A stretch of DNA of 62,070 nt, counting the filler, from Planctomycetota bacterium (GTDB lineage: Bacteria > Planctomycetota > Planctomycetia > JALXBF01): the NCBI GenBank assembly GCA_026991575.1. It is 4 parts of 4 records of this genome, joined end to end, with 100 filler letters (N's around TTAATTAATTAA, not from the genome) between each part and the next. Parts side by side here need not be neighbours in the genome. Positions count along the whole stretch, not along the records: positions 37,915 to 43,558 come from JALXBF010000093.1; positions 43,659 to 62,070 come from JALXBF010000094.1; 2 more parts are not named here. One strand, 5' to 3'. Positions 40,901 to 49,129 of this stretch are shown here, one piece after another. Both the position numbers and the translations under genes were made by a program. The number at the start of each line of letters is the position of its first letter. Within the stretch, counting starts at the first letter, position 1. The notes under the pieces were generated by a model that did not search any database, was not told the origin of the DNA, and saw nothing but the letters and a program-made list of their open reading frames with translations.

Positions 40901-41046
40901 TGCTCCTGGAAACGGTGAAGGAGACGGGCACTGTTCCTGGTGCCGTAGTTCGTCTGTTGCCTTTCATGGTCCGGCATCCGAGCCCACAACTTCGTCGGCT
41001 TGCCGCACAACTGCTCAAGCAGGGCCGGTGCCGCAAGCAGAACTGA
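37915..41046 (+). CDS. large HEAT-repeat (alpha-solenoid) protein, 5' partial
   Basis: frame open from contig start; LGDPDTAVRAEAALML, EDPRWPVRAAAARALG, LLDDPEPMVQLAA, HPSPQLRRLAAQLL. Confidence 0.8.
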   Translation, partial: ETPCVEPDLIWVRLLGRGIENRPTVIACLVRSLADLEVPTYPGTKLHTSCPATFGTWADALAAEYCGLAFFHSPLLSAPVQDWAYLEGISLAVLHRKPTAVNYEVLSLRTDPVALVEESLENFPLVPSESAELWERVAPIVAITREGTGEQIAGDGRHPLVRITDALHEWLDRLPFRWHYSFGSPLTGVEDPLARARGRLRYPAFFSESAVRAVLPRNDRTGPGGLHRAALLAQLCETATVTGNEQWGPESVARVLAEPSSGELVSLVRYLVTAPSPPRSAIRPLARAIVNKPDDQRFVLLLECLGYLLSQAPDACEYADVVVPVFEKLADWAWLPAFEGLGPSVARELQRMAPILSPQDARRLLALYLSKWLDTPAPVASFFPVIIQLARAAEVGSDPEADRALMDQVTQTLAAKGFWQDSRPELLPGLIALLSGRIADEMPALYQQWQSRPARMGLVQLAGRLVERKLSSEQVLRKALGDPDTAVRAEAALMLALLKPSLSRRLGEDLIDRLVIESDPRVRLLLCDAIGACGDVNVAEKLAEMARDRQHYSPKQRADFLFALRSMGQTGGAAAPLIAELVADPSTDVAVGALHALAAMGRRTASAAAVLATEDPRWPVRAAAARALGGMRVNRADVWERLLDDPEPMVQLAACACASELSREDEGGEVRRIQRKLAVVASDEMREHSVRIASLRALYAIGLPDESTSAILRKGVENSRAIRHWFAGPLARVTPRDRVESLVDWLGNIAQIQADGECSGAVRDRHFFVAQVLAELLKRQPEAARVLVFALCRHDPRCAIWDQLDPPPYRITYDALREFDSEQLRQWLDNYWQYLRRMPPPRQELATRILNCIPDHLQNDPQFVGLLAHLAPTSACAREKLQGFLLQDSAQAVVAARQVASLEPPVANAILRQALVTADNPQALENVLWAAAEMARGGREVDDRVVSLAQRSAQDAKLGLRVHAVRLMALVEGDSRRVWELIPLVYREGNTGQMILLLETVKETGTVPGAVVRLLPFMVRHPSPQLRRLAAQLLKQGRCRKQN

Positions 41047-41529
41047 AGCCCCGGCCCGGGGTACCGTTACAGCAATGTTGCCGTGCGTGACGCACCGCGG
41101 CCGCTCGCGCCGGTGAGCAGCTACCGGTATGGCTCCCTTTGAGGCCAAAGACGGCTGGTATGGCGAGGGGGGCGGAAATGGCCCCCCCTTGGATCCGGGT
41201 GCCGCGTGCTGCGGAAGGTGGTGTGATGGGGTGCAGCGCGCAGAGCCGCAGAGGACGCAGGGAGGTCAAAGGCGCTACCCGGCGGGCCTACCCTGCCAGG
41301 AAAGTGTCGCTCGCACCGGACCCTCGACGCTGTCCGCACCTCCAGGTTCTCTGCGTTTCCCCCGGCTTCCCGAATCCTCGATGGCGCTGGCTATGTGGAT
41401 CGAGCACCGCCGGACGAGGCGAAGGCACGTTGGAATGGCGGCGGGGGGCTGATGTCCCCGCGAAGCCAGGGCGCTGCCGCTGCGCGTGCAGCTGGCAGCG
41501 CACTCCACAGAACCAGAACGCCGACCGAT

Positions 41530-42022
41530 ATAGGAGTAGCAAGGCCCGGTTACCCGGGCCCCGCCCCCTCCGAACTGGAAGTGCGGATCTCCCGCATCCG
41601 GCTCTCCGGTCGGTGGTCTTACCTCAAAGAGAACCGACTGACCTTCCCGCACGGCCTGCTATAGATCCCACAGCCCGTGCCAGGCGGAAGAAGACTCACT
41701 CCTCCCTCGCCCCGTTACCGGGGCCGTCGGCAGGACTCCAGTCGACGCCGCGGCTTCGGCCTCCCCTGACAGGATGCTTCTCCACCTTGTGTAGCCTCGC
41801 GCCACTCACGGTGGTGGATTACTTGCCGCCAACGCCTCCTGAACTCCTCCACCTTCCTGGGTCCCTTCGCTCCACGGGAATTACCCAGCTTCCTCACTAC
41901 TACGGCCCCTCTGACTCCTGACGGGACGCTTCTCCTGTTCGGCCTGGTGCCCTGTTTCGCTCCAGTCCGCCGAACACCGAAGCGGCTGGCCGGGGGACCG
42001 CAACCTTGTTCATGCCGCCCTT
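41530..42022 (-). ncRNA. group II intron, domains II-VI, no RT ORF, 5' part removed by IS1634
   Basis: minus strand DV GAGCCGGATGCGGGAGATCCGCACTTCCAGTTC, DVI ending CTACTCCTAT at 41530, DIII-like GGGGCCGTAGTAGTGAGGAAGCTGGGTAATTCCCGTGGAGCGAAGGGACCC. Confidence 0.85.
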
Positions 42023-43056
42023 TCAGGCCGAACTTTTTGGTCATTTTCGATGATAACTAACTGCTGCGCATTGAGTTATTGTGGGCCGGAATTGCGCGCT
42101 TTGTGCGCGCAGAGGAGGTGCGGAAGGGACGCGGCTCAGGGTGTGAACTGTTCGATCAGGCTGAAGGCGGTCTCCTGCTGCGGGCGAAGCTCCGTCGTCT
42201 GCTCCCACGGATAGTCCGGGTAGTCCTCCAGGCACACACGGTTCAGCTTCTGTGTTCCCAGGTAACGCAGCAGATCACGGAAGCTGCGTACCAGCTGTCC
42301 CTCCGCGTTCCGCTTTGTCCCCTCCTTACGACGCGCCGAGTCGCTGCGTGTCGCCTTATGCACCACCGACTCCCGCCCCGCCTCTGCCCCCTCCGGATCG
42401 TCCTCTTCGTACAGAATCGACCGCCACGCAGCACGCAGATGCCACTCCACGTAATACGCCAGCATGCACAGCAGCACGTGCGCACGGATCCGGTCGTCCA
42501 GACGGTGATACACCGGGCGAATGTGCAGGTCCACCGTCTTGCAAAACCGAAATGCCTGCTCCACCAACGACAGATCCTTGTACGCCCGCACCACCTCCTC
42601 CCCTTCCAGCTTCCCCTCCTCCACCGACGTCCGTATCACATGCAATCCGTCCAACTGCTCCTCGTCGGCTATCGACTGCTCATCCCGCCAGTACACAAAA
42701 CGGTCGTCCTCAATCTCCCAGCGAAAATGCTTCCGCATCCGGTACCGATTGATCACCCGACCCACCCGCTCCGCTATCCGCGTCGCACCCCGCAGCGGAC
42801 GACGCTTCCGATTCACCGCCGCCGCTATCTTCTCCAACTCCCGCTCCGTTCGCTCCAGTAACTCCGCACGCTCCCGCCGACGACGGTCTGCCAACAGCAC
42901 GTTCCGAGACACAATCAGCCGCTCCCCAGGATAGTCCGGAGAGTGAATCTCCATCAGGCCACGCTCGTCAAACAGCGATCGCTCTACCTTCCGACGACGC
43001 AACAGCTTGCGAATCTGGTCCGCTCCGGGCGCCGTAATCCAGCCCATCCCCTCCAC
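42023..43056 (-). mobile_element. IS1634-family element, 3' part (transposase fragment 42136-43056)
   Basis: DGLHVIRTS, YKDLSLVEQAFR, IRPVYHRLDDRIRAHVLLCMLAY; outer boundary approximate. Confidence 0.85.
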
Positions 43057-43359
43057 GTATCCGTTCACAGGTTCGGATTGACGGACGGGGTCTGATGGGC
43101 TATCGGATGGAGCATGGAAGCAAACTCTTTGCCTCAGGAAATGTGGCAGGAGCTATCACTTCAGACCGCCAGGTCGCTGCGTCGGGGTGTGCGCGCGTGG
43201 CGGAAGCGGTTGGGCAAGTTGGAGCGATTGGCCGAGGAGCAGCAGAAGCTTGTCGAGCGTCTGAAGGCGGAGAACGAAAGACTGGCCTGTCGTGTGCGCG
43301 ATCTGGAAGCGCAGCTGAAGCGAGGCGGTCGGAACTCGCCGTAGCCCCCAACGTCAGAT
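43057..43359 (+). mobile_element. IS66-family left end with decayed transposase N-terminus
   Basis: GTATCCGTTCAC terminus exactly where IS1634 homology stops; coiled coil ending LEAQLKRGGRNSP*PPTSD (NSSxPPSSD motif with a stop). Confidence 0.75.
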
Positions 43360-43418
43360 TCGATCGGTCAGAAGTGGCCGCGGAAGGACCCGCGGGCGCT
43401 GGCCAGCGAGCGTCCTGT

Positions 43419-43558
43419 GAACGGCTACAACACAAGCTGCGACAGACCTGCGTCGAGGCAGGTGGATGGATTGGAGGTTTCGGGGGAGCGTCCGCAGGGA
43501 CCAGCCTGGCCGTCCTTCTCATTACTACGGGGTGCGTGACAGCCCCGGTTGCCGCGGG
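43419..43558 (+). pseudogene. glycine-zipper protein fragment running into contig end
   Basis: EAGGWIGGFGGASAGTSLAVLLITTGCVTAPVAA; related to 26768-26953. Confidence 0.45.
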
Positions 43559-43658
43559 NNNNNNNNNNNNNNNNNNNNNNNNNNNNNNNNNNNNNNNNNN
43601 NNTTAATTAATTAANNNNNNNNNNNNNNNNNNNNNNNNNNNNNNNNNNNNNNNNNNNN
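43559..43658. other. artificial contig linker
   Basis: 44 N + TTAATTAATTAA + 44 N. Confidence 0.97.
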
Positions 43659-43802
43659 GATCCCGTGGACATCCACGATCTGCACGCGACCATGCTCCAC
43701 CTGCTCGGCATCGACCATGCAAGACTGACCTACAAGTTTCAGGGCCGCGAGTTCCGATTGACCGACATCGGCGGCAAGGTGATCCTGAAGGTACTCACAT
43801 AG
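43659..43802 (+). CDS. C-terminus of a DUF1501 protein (not in ORF track)
   Basis: manual translation [47 protein letters not shown]. Confidence 0.85.
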   Translation, partial: DPVDIHDLHATMLHLLGIDHARLTYKFQGREFRLTDIGGKVILKVLT

Positions 43803-43910
43803 CCTGGGCTTCCGGCCACGCAGAGATCGTCCCCGTGATCATCACGGCAGTTAACCCCCGCATGCGCGGCGCGGGGAGTTTGTGGCTACGGGAGGCATGG
43901 TCGCGGCGGT

Positions 43911-44645
43911 TCAGTGTCGATGCCCGGCGGTCGGGATCTTGCGCGAATGCGGCTCATAATCGGTGAGCATCTGTTCCACATACCATTCCTTGCGGCCCGT
44001 TTCCTGGTCGTTCAGCGTTGCGACGTGGATCAGGGCATACGTGTCGACATCTTCGCCTGTGATCTTATATCGAATGAATGCGTAATCCCGTTCGCCATCG
44101 GAACCATACTCCTCGATTTCTTCGAAGCGAATGTCCGGCCGTGGCCTGTCACCAAGGAACAGGCCACCGCCGCCAGCCAGGAACCGTCGAAACGCTTCCT
44201 TCGCGTCCATGCCGTGCGTAGCTGCATCAAATTCGCGCCGCCACTGAGGGGGGACCGTCAACCAGAAAGCACGTTCCACCTCGCCGGCACGCAACAGGCC
44301 GACAAACACTTCTGCCGTAGCCCGTGCGTCTCTCTGCAAGAGCAACCATCCCATCACCGTGGCTGTCAGGCCTGCGATTCCGATGCCGATGGACAGCGAG
44401 ACGCCAAGCTTGGCCAGCCACTGGCCAGCCCAGTACGTCGGATCCCGGTTGATCTGCCGCATGGCAATGACTGCGCACAGCAGACCAATGCCAGGGATGA
44501 CCCAGAACACGTAGTGGGCAAACGTGAGTACCGAGAAGAAACCGGTGACCAGTGCTGCGATTGCCCATGGGTTGAGCGGCTTGTAGTCTGGTTCAGCGGT
44601 GCGATCCTCAGGCACGACGTCGGACATGCGGACGTTCAACGCCAT
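43911..44645 (-). CDS. membrane protein, DUF4190-like N-terminus
   Basis: YKPLNPWAIAALVTG...IAMRQINR...GQWLAKLG TM pattern plus a soluble C-terminal domain. Confidence 0.65.
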   Translation of the reverse strand: MALNVRMSDVVPEDRTAEPDYKPLNPWAIAALVTGFFSVLTFAHYVFWVIPGIGLLCAVIAMRQINRDPTYWAGQWLAKLGVSLSIGIGIAGLTATVMGWLLLQRDARATAEVFVGLLRAGEVERAFWLTVPPQWRREFDAATHGMDAKEAFRRFLAGGGGLFLGDRPRPDIRFEEIEEYGSDGERDYAFIRYKITGEDVDTYALIHVATLNDQETGRKEWYVEQMLTDYEPHSRKIPTAGHRH

Positions 44646-44805
44646 CGTCTGCCCTCGTCTGTTCTCATCTAGAACTAGCCTTGCCTGGACCAGCTGAGGC
44701 GCACGCCGGCGGAAAGAAACTGCCGGGTGGCTGCAGCCCCAGGTTACCTTCAGGGACAGCTACTACCTAGCTACCCACCGACTGCGGGCGAGGTTCAGCA
44801 GCTTC

Positions 44806-47800
44806 TTATGGCTGACCGCCCGCGGCCGTAGCGGACGGAATGTCGAACCGCAGGTTACGGATCCGAACGATGATTCCCGGGCCTTGGATGGCAAAACCGA
44901 CCGCGCCGCGGTGCAGGGCACCGGCGTCCACGAAGGTCAGCACTGGCTGGCCGTCGACGGCAATCAGCGTGCGTGCGCCGTCCACGCGTAGCACAACGTG
45001 GCCACGGCTGCGCGAACGCTGCTTCACACGGGTCAACAGACCGCGCCCGCCCCGCTCAACCAGTCTGCCAGCAGTCGGTCCCGCCAGCTCGTATTCGTAG
45101 CGGATGAGCTTGTTGTCGTCGTTCACGCCAGCCCGCGCAAAGACGGCAAAGCGGCCTTGTCCGGAGAGTTCGTAGTCAAACGACACGGTTACGTTGTCGA
45201 AGACAATGTCCGTCCAGATGGCCGCTTCGCCCTGGGCCGGTCCCTTTCCGACGAGCACACCGTCACGAATCTGCCACGCGTCCTTCGCCCCGAGCCAGTG
45301 ATCGAGGCTGCTTGCGGCGTTCAGCCGGCTGACGTTCTCGGGGGTGGCCAGCGCGGGTACCTGGTGCGTGGTGGCAAGGTAAGCGAAGAGTGAGCGTACC
45401 TCGTGGGCTGACAATTGCTGGAGCAGGTCGTCCGGCATCATGGACTGCTCGGACTGTTTCATGGCCTCAATCTCGTCTTTCGGCAACGTGATCAGCTCGT
45501 CGGCGGTTTGCACCGTGACGGTCCGATCGGTCTGTTGCTTGACGATGCCAGTGATGATGCGGCCGTCTGTCGTGAGGATGATATGCGGCACGTACTCTTG
45601 TGCCATCACAGACGATGGGTCGACGACGTTGCTGAGCGCGTAGTCCAGGTCAGCTCGGTTGGAACCGGTCAGGTCCGGGCCAACGTTGCCGCCTTGGCCG
45701 TAGAGCGTGTGGCACTGGGCACAAACGCGGTTGAAGACGGCCCGGCCCAGGTTCACGTCGGGCTTGGGCAGCGAGCGATCGGTCAGGAGTCTGCGGTACT
45801 TCTCCAGCAGGGCCGCCTTCTCTGCTGGGCTCTTGCGGACGACGCCCCAGATTTCGCGGAGCCGCTCAGTGAGCCGTTCGTCGGCCACGTTGCGCAGCTG
45901 CCGCACCAGATCGGCTGTCAGGTCGGTACGTGGGATGTGCCCTGCTGCTACCGCGTCCACCAGCGCGCGGGCCCACGGCAGGCGCGCTGCTAGCGTCGCC
46001 AGGGCGGCTCGCCGCTCCGCCGCGGAAAGCTTCGGGTAGAGCTGGATCAAGGTTTCGGCTACGTGCGGCGCCGTGTACGCGGCCAGTGCCCGGATTGCAT
46101 GCAGTCGTAGCGGACCCGGTTCGCTGCGTACCAGGTGGAGTAGCATCGGCGGCAATTTCGGATCGCGCACCTGGACGAGCGCCTCCAGCGCGCGGCGGCG
46201 AGCCGCGTATGGCTGGGTCTGGTCCGATAGCGTAGCCCGCAATTGGCTCAGCGCCACCGGATCGCCGAAGGTGACGGCCACCGTCAGGGCCAGTTGCCGC
46301 ACGGTCGTGTTCTGGCTCTGAAGCAGTTCCGCTGACACGGCCGACCACGACGGCGGCAGCGGGGCGCGTCGCCGGCCACGCAGGGCCTGTTCCAGTGCGC
46401 TGAGCAACCAGATTTGCCGCTCAGGACGCTTCTCCCGTCTTAGCTCCCGAGCCAGCAGGTCGAACGCTTCCGTTGTGCCGATGTCGGCGATGCGCCGGTA
46501 CGTGAACTGCACGACACGATCCAGACCCGAATCCCGCACCAATGCCAGAGCACGCTGTGGGTCCTGGGCGACTGCCGGTTCCAGGCCGAACCAGTACATG
46601 AGCGGCAAATTGTGGTCGGTGCGATCCTCGGCATGTGCCAACAGGGGTTCGATAAGCTGCCAGCGTGACGAGACCGGCATCCGCTGCAGGGCAGACGCCA
46701 GGTAGAGCCGCACGACCGGTGAGCGATCCTTCGTTGCAAGCGCGCGCAATCTTTCCAACCAGTTTCCTTCCGGCAGACCGTCTTCCATGAGCAGTTGAAC
46801 AGCCCAGCCCCGGACGTATGGGTTGTCATCCCGCAGCATGTCCTCGATGTCGTCGGCCTGCAGCAGGTCGCAGGCATGTAGGGCCCACGCGGCTCGCAGC
46901 CGGCGGCGTGGATCGGGATGGTCAAGCAGCTGGCGCAGCCGCCTGACAGCCTCCTCCTCCAGCGGCCGCCTGGCTGCCCGTTCCTGCAGCAACCGGCGAG
47001 CGGTCCGTACGTACCAGTCGTTCGGGTGTAGTTGCAACTTGACCAGCTCGCGGTCAGTGAGTTTGGCCAGGTCGAGCCGACCGGCGCGGTAATCGGCAAT
47101 CAGCCGTTGGTAAAGGGGGTCCTCGTAGCGGGGCACCTCACGCGGTTTGTAGACCACCTTGTAGATCCGTCCGTTGCTGCGGTCGTGTACGTTCGGATCG
47201 GTCCTGTGACACTGATTGCGGTCATACCAATCGTTGACGAAGACGTGGCCGTCGGGGCCGTAGCGGAAGTAGAGCATTTGGGACCAGTAGTCGTTGGTCA
47301 CAATGAAGTCCGGTCCGTGCCGTCCGATGAAGCCGGAGCCACGTGGCTCCAGAATGTCCATGTTTACCCTGGCGCCGTGGATGTTGTTCATGAAGAGCTT
47401 GCCGCGGTAGCGCTCCGGCCACGTGTCGCCCAGGTAGACCATCGCGCCGGCATGCGCGTGCCCACCGCCGGCAGCGACGACCGATGCCGGCGTAACCGGC
47501 TCGTGTCCCCAATGGGCGTGTTCCCGGATCGAGCCGGTGTAGTGCAGGTGATCGGCAATGGTCTTGATGTCGTCGTAGACATACCGGTTGAAGTGTTGTC
47601 CGGCCTGACGTTGGTATCGGCCCCCCTGGATCATGTGGTAAAGGTGGGGGATGACGCAGGCGGTTATGAACGCCTGGCCAAAGTCGTCGAAATCAACCCC
47701 CCACGGGTTGCTTGTGCCGTAAGCGAACACCTCGAACCGCTGTTTCAGCGGGTGGTACCGCCAGAGAGCGGCATTCAACCGCACGCGGCGATCAGCCGGC

Positions 47801-48951
47801 GTGCCCGGCTTGCCAACCGCCGAATGGGTGAAGACGCCGTGGCAACCGTAGAGCCAGCCGTCCGGCCCCCAGATGAACGCGTTCAGTGTCTCGTGTGTGT
47901 CCTGATAACCCCAGCCGTCCAGAACAACCTGGGGCTCGCCGTCCGGCACGTCGTCTCGATTGCGATCGGGGATGAACAGCAGGTACGGGGCGGCACCGAC
48001 CCAGACACCGCCGAAACCGACCTCAATGCCGCTCACGAGATTCAGCCCTTCGATGAAGACTTTCCGTTCGTCGAACCGGCCATCGCCGTCTCGGTCCGTG
48101 AAGATCAGGATCCGATCGCGTCCCTTCCCCTCTGGCTGGCGGATTGGATAGGTGTAGGCCTCGACGACCCACAGTCGGCCGCGTTCGTCGATGGTGAACG
48201 CGATCGGCTGACGCACTTGCGGTTCGGCGGCGAAGACACGCACCTCGAACCCTTCTGGCAATTCCATCGCCCGGGCCGCCTGCTCAGCATCCAGCCCCTG
48301 GTAGCGAAACGGGCTGGCGGCAGCGTGCTCGGCGTTGGCGGTTCCGGCCGGCCGCTCGCTGTGGAACCGGAAATCGTCGAAGTTGATGTGTCCCCACCCG
48401 CCGGAGTGTTCGTCCACGATGCGAATGAAGATGGTCTTGCCCTGGTAGCGGCGGAGGTCGACCACCACGCGGCGCATATCTTCAACGTTTCGGCCACGTG
48501 CCTCGAAGATCACTTTGCCCTCGTCCTGCAGCACGAGCTCGACGCGGGTCTGGCGGTGCGCGCCGCCGCCAACCAGGAAGCTCGCCCACGGGTGAGTGAC
48601 CACGAACGGAGCCGAGACAAGGGTTCCTTGAGGCCCGTCGCCAGCAACCTCATAGGTGCCCACCCAGTAGTTCCCCTGGTGGCGGCTGTGCATGTCACTG
48701 CGACGCCGGTGCACCGTATCCCCACGCACCGGCTGACCGCGGAACGCGGTCCCAATTGCCTGCCAGTCGCGCAGGTCACCGGTCTCGAAGTCCAGGTTCA
48801 ACGGCCTGCCGTCGATGCCTTTGGGCAAGATGCCCGCATCCTGCTGAGCAGCTGCCGGCTGGGTAGCCAGGTGAAGAAGGGCACTGCCGACCAGGAAGGT
48901 GACACACATTAGCACCCGCAAAGACGCTCGGCGGTGGTGGTACACGTCCAT
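44806..48951 (-). CDS. PVC-type heme-binding CxxCH protein (dehydrogenase-like propeller + HEAT + cytochrome c + terminal beta-sandwich domains)
   Basis: LPEGFEVRVFAAEP, WGPDGWLYG, NPWGVDFD, HEAT repeats, CAQCH...VGPDLTG, SMMP; start uncertain. Confidence 0.9.
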   Translation of the reverse strand: MDVYHHRRASLRVLMCVTFLVGSALLHLATQPAAAQQDAGILPKGIDGRPLNLDFETGDLRDWQAIGTAFRGQPVRGDTVHRRRSDMHSRHQGNYWVGTYEVAGDGPQGTLVSAPFVVTHPWASFLVGGGAHRQTRVELVLQDEGKVIFEARGRNVEDMRRVVVDLRRYQGKTIFIRIVDEHSGGWGHINFDDFRFHSERPAGTANAEHAAASPFRYQGLDAEQAARAMELPEGFEVRVFAAEPQVRQPIAFTIDERGRLWVVEAYTYPIRQPEGKGRDRILIFTDRDGDGRFDERKVFIEGLNLVSGIEVGFGGVWVGAAPYLLFIPDRNRDDVPDGEPQVVLDGWGYQDTHETLNAFIWGPDGWLYGCHGVFTHSAVGKPGTPADRRVRLNAALWRYHPLKQRFEVFAYGTSNPWGVDFDDFGQAFITACVIPHLYHMIQGGRYQRQAGQHFNRYVYDDIKTIADHLHYTGSIREHAHWGHEPVTPASVVAAGGGHAHAGAMVYLGDTWPERYRGKLFMNNIHGARVNMDILEPRGSGFIGRHGPDFIVTNDYWSQMLYFRYGPDGHVFVNDWYDRNQCHRTDPNVHDRSNGRIYKVVYKPREVPRYEDPLYQRLIADYRAGRLDLAKLTDRELVKLQLHPNDWYVRTARRLLQERAARRPLEEEAVRRLRQLLDHPDPRRRLRAAWALHACDLLQADDIEDMLRDDNPYVRGWAVQLLMEDGLPEGNWLERLRALATKDRSPVVRLYLASALQRMPVSSRWQLIEPLLAHAEDRTDHNLPLMYWFGLEPAVAQDPQRALALVRDSGLDRVVQFTYRRIADIGTTEAFDLLARELRREKRPERQIWLLSALEQALRGRRRAPLPPSWSAVSAELLQSQNTTVRQLALTVAVTFGDPVALSQLRATLSDQTQPYAARRRALEALVQVRDPKLPPMLLHLVRSEPGPLRLHAIRALAAYTAPHVAETLIQLYPKLSAAERRAALATLAARLPWARALVDAVAAGHIPRTDLTADLVRQLRNVADERLTERLREIWGVVRKSPAEKAALLEKYRRLLTDRSLPKPDVNLGRAVFNRVCAQCHTLYGQGGNVGPDLTGSNRADLDYALSNVVDPSSVMAQEYVPHIILTTDGRIITGIVKQQTDRTVTVQTADELITLPKDEIEAMKQSEQSMMPDDLLQQLSAHEVRSLFAYLATTHQVPALATPENVSRLNAASSLDHWLGAKDAWQIRDGVLVGKGPAQGEAAIWTDIVFDNVTVSFDYELSGQGRFAVFARAGVNDDNKLIRYEYELAGPTAGRLVERGGRGLLTRVKQRSRSRGHVVLRVDGARTLIAVDGQPVLTFVDAGALHRGAVGFAIQGPGIIVRIRNLRFDIPSATAAGGQP

Positions 48952-49129
48952 ACCTGGACCTCCCGAAAGGCGCGCACGCAATCAGTCAATTCTACGCCCG
49001 GTCGCGCAGTTCCCCCTCGGCAACGACACACCCCCGTCTTCGCGCCGGCCACACCGGCCGATGCGGCCATGCTACGATGTAGAGCGCCCGTCCGGCCATC
49101 AGCGTTTCGGTTTCGCAGGAGAAGCAGCG

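Noticed and set aside
41239..41355. CGCAGAG short repeats with one inverted CTCTGCG
   Set aside because: Too short and too few to call a REP-like element
47032..48912. Long antisense ORFs (also 8645-9991, 50882-51676 and similar)
   Set aside because: Shadows of well-supported genes on the opposite strand, expected with high-GC codon bias
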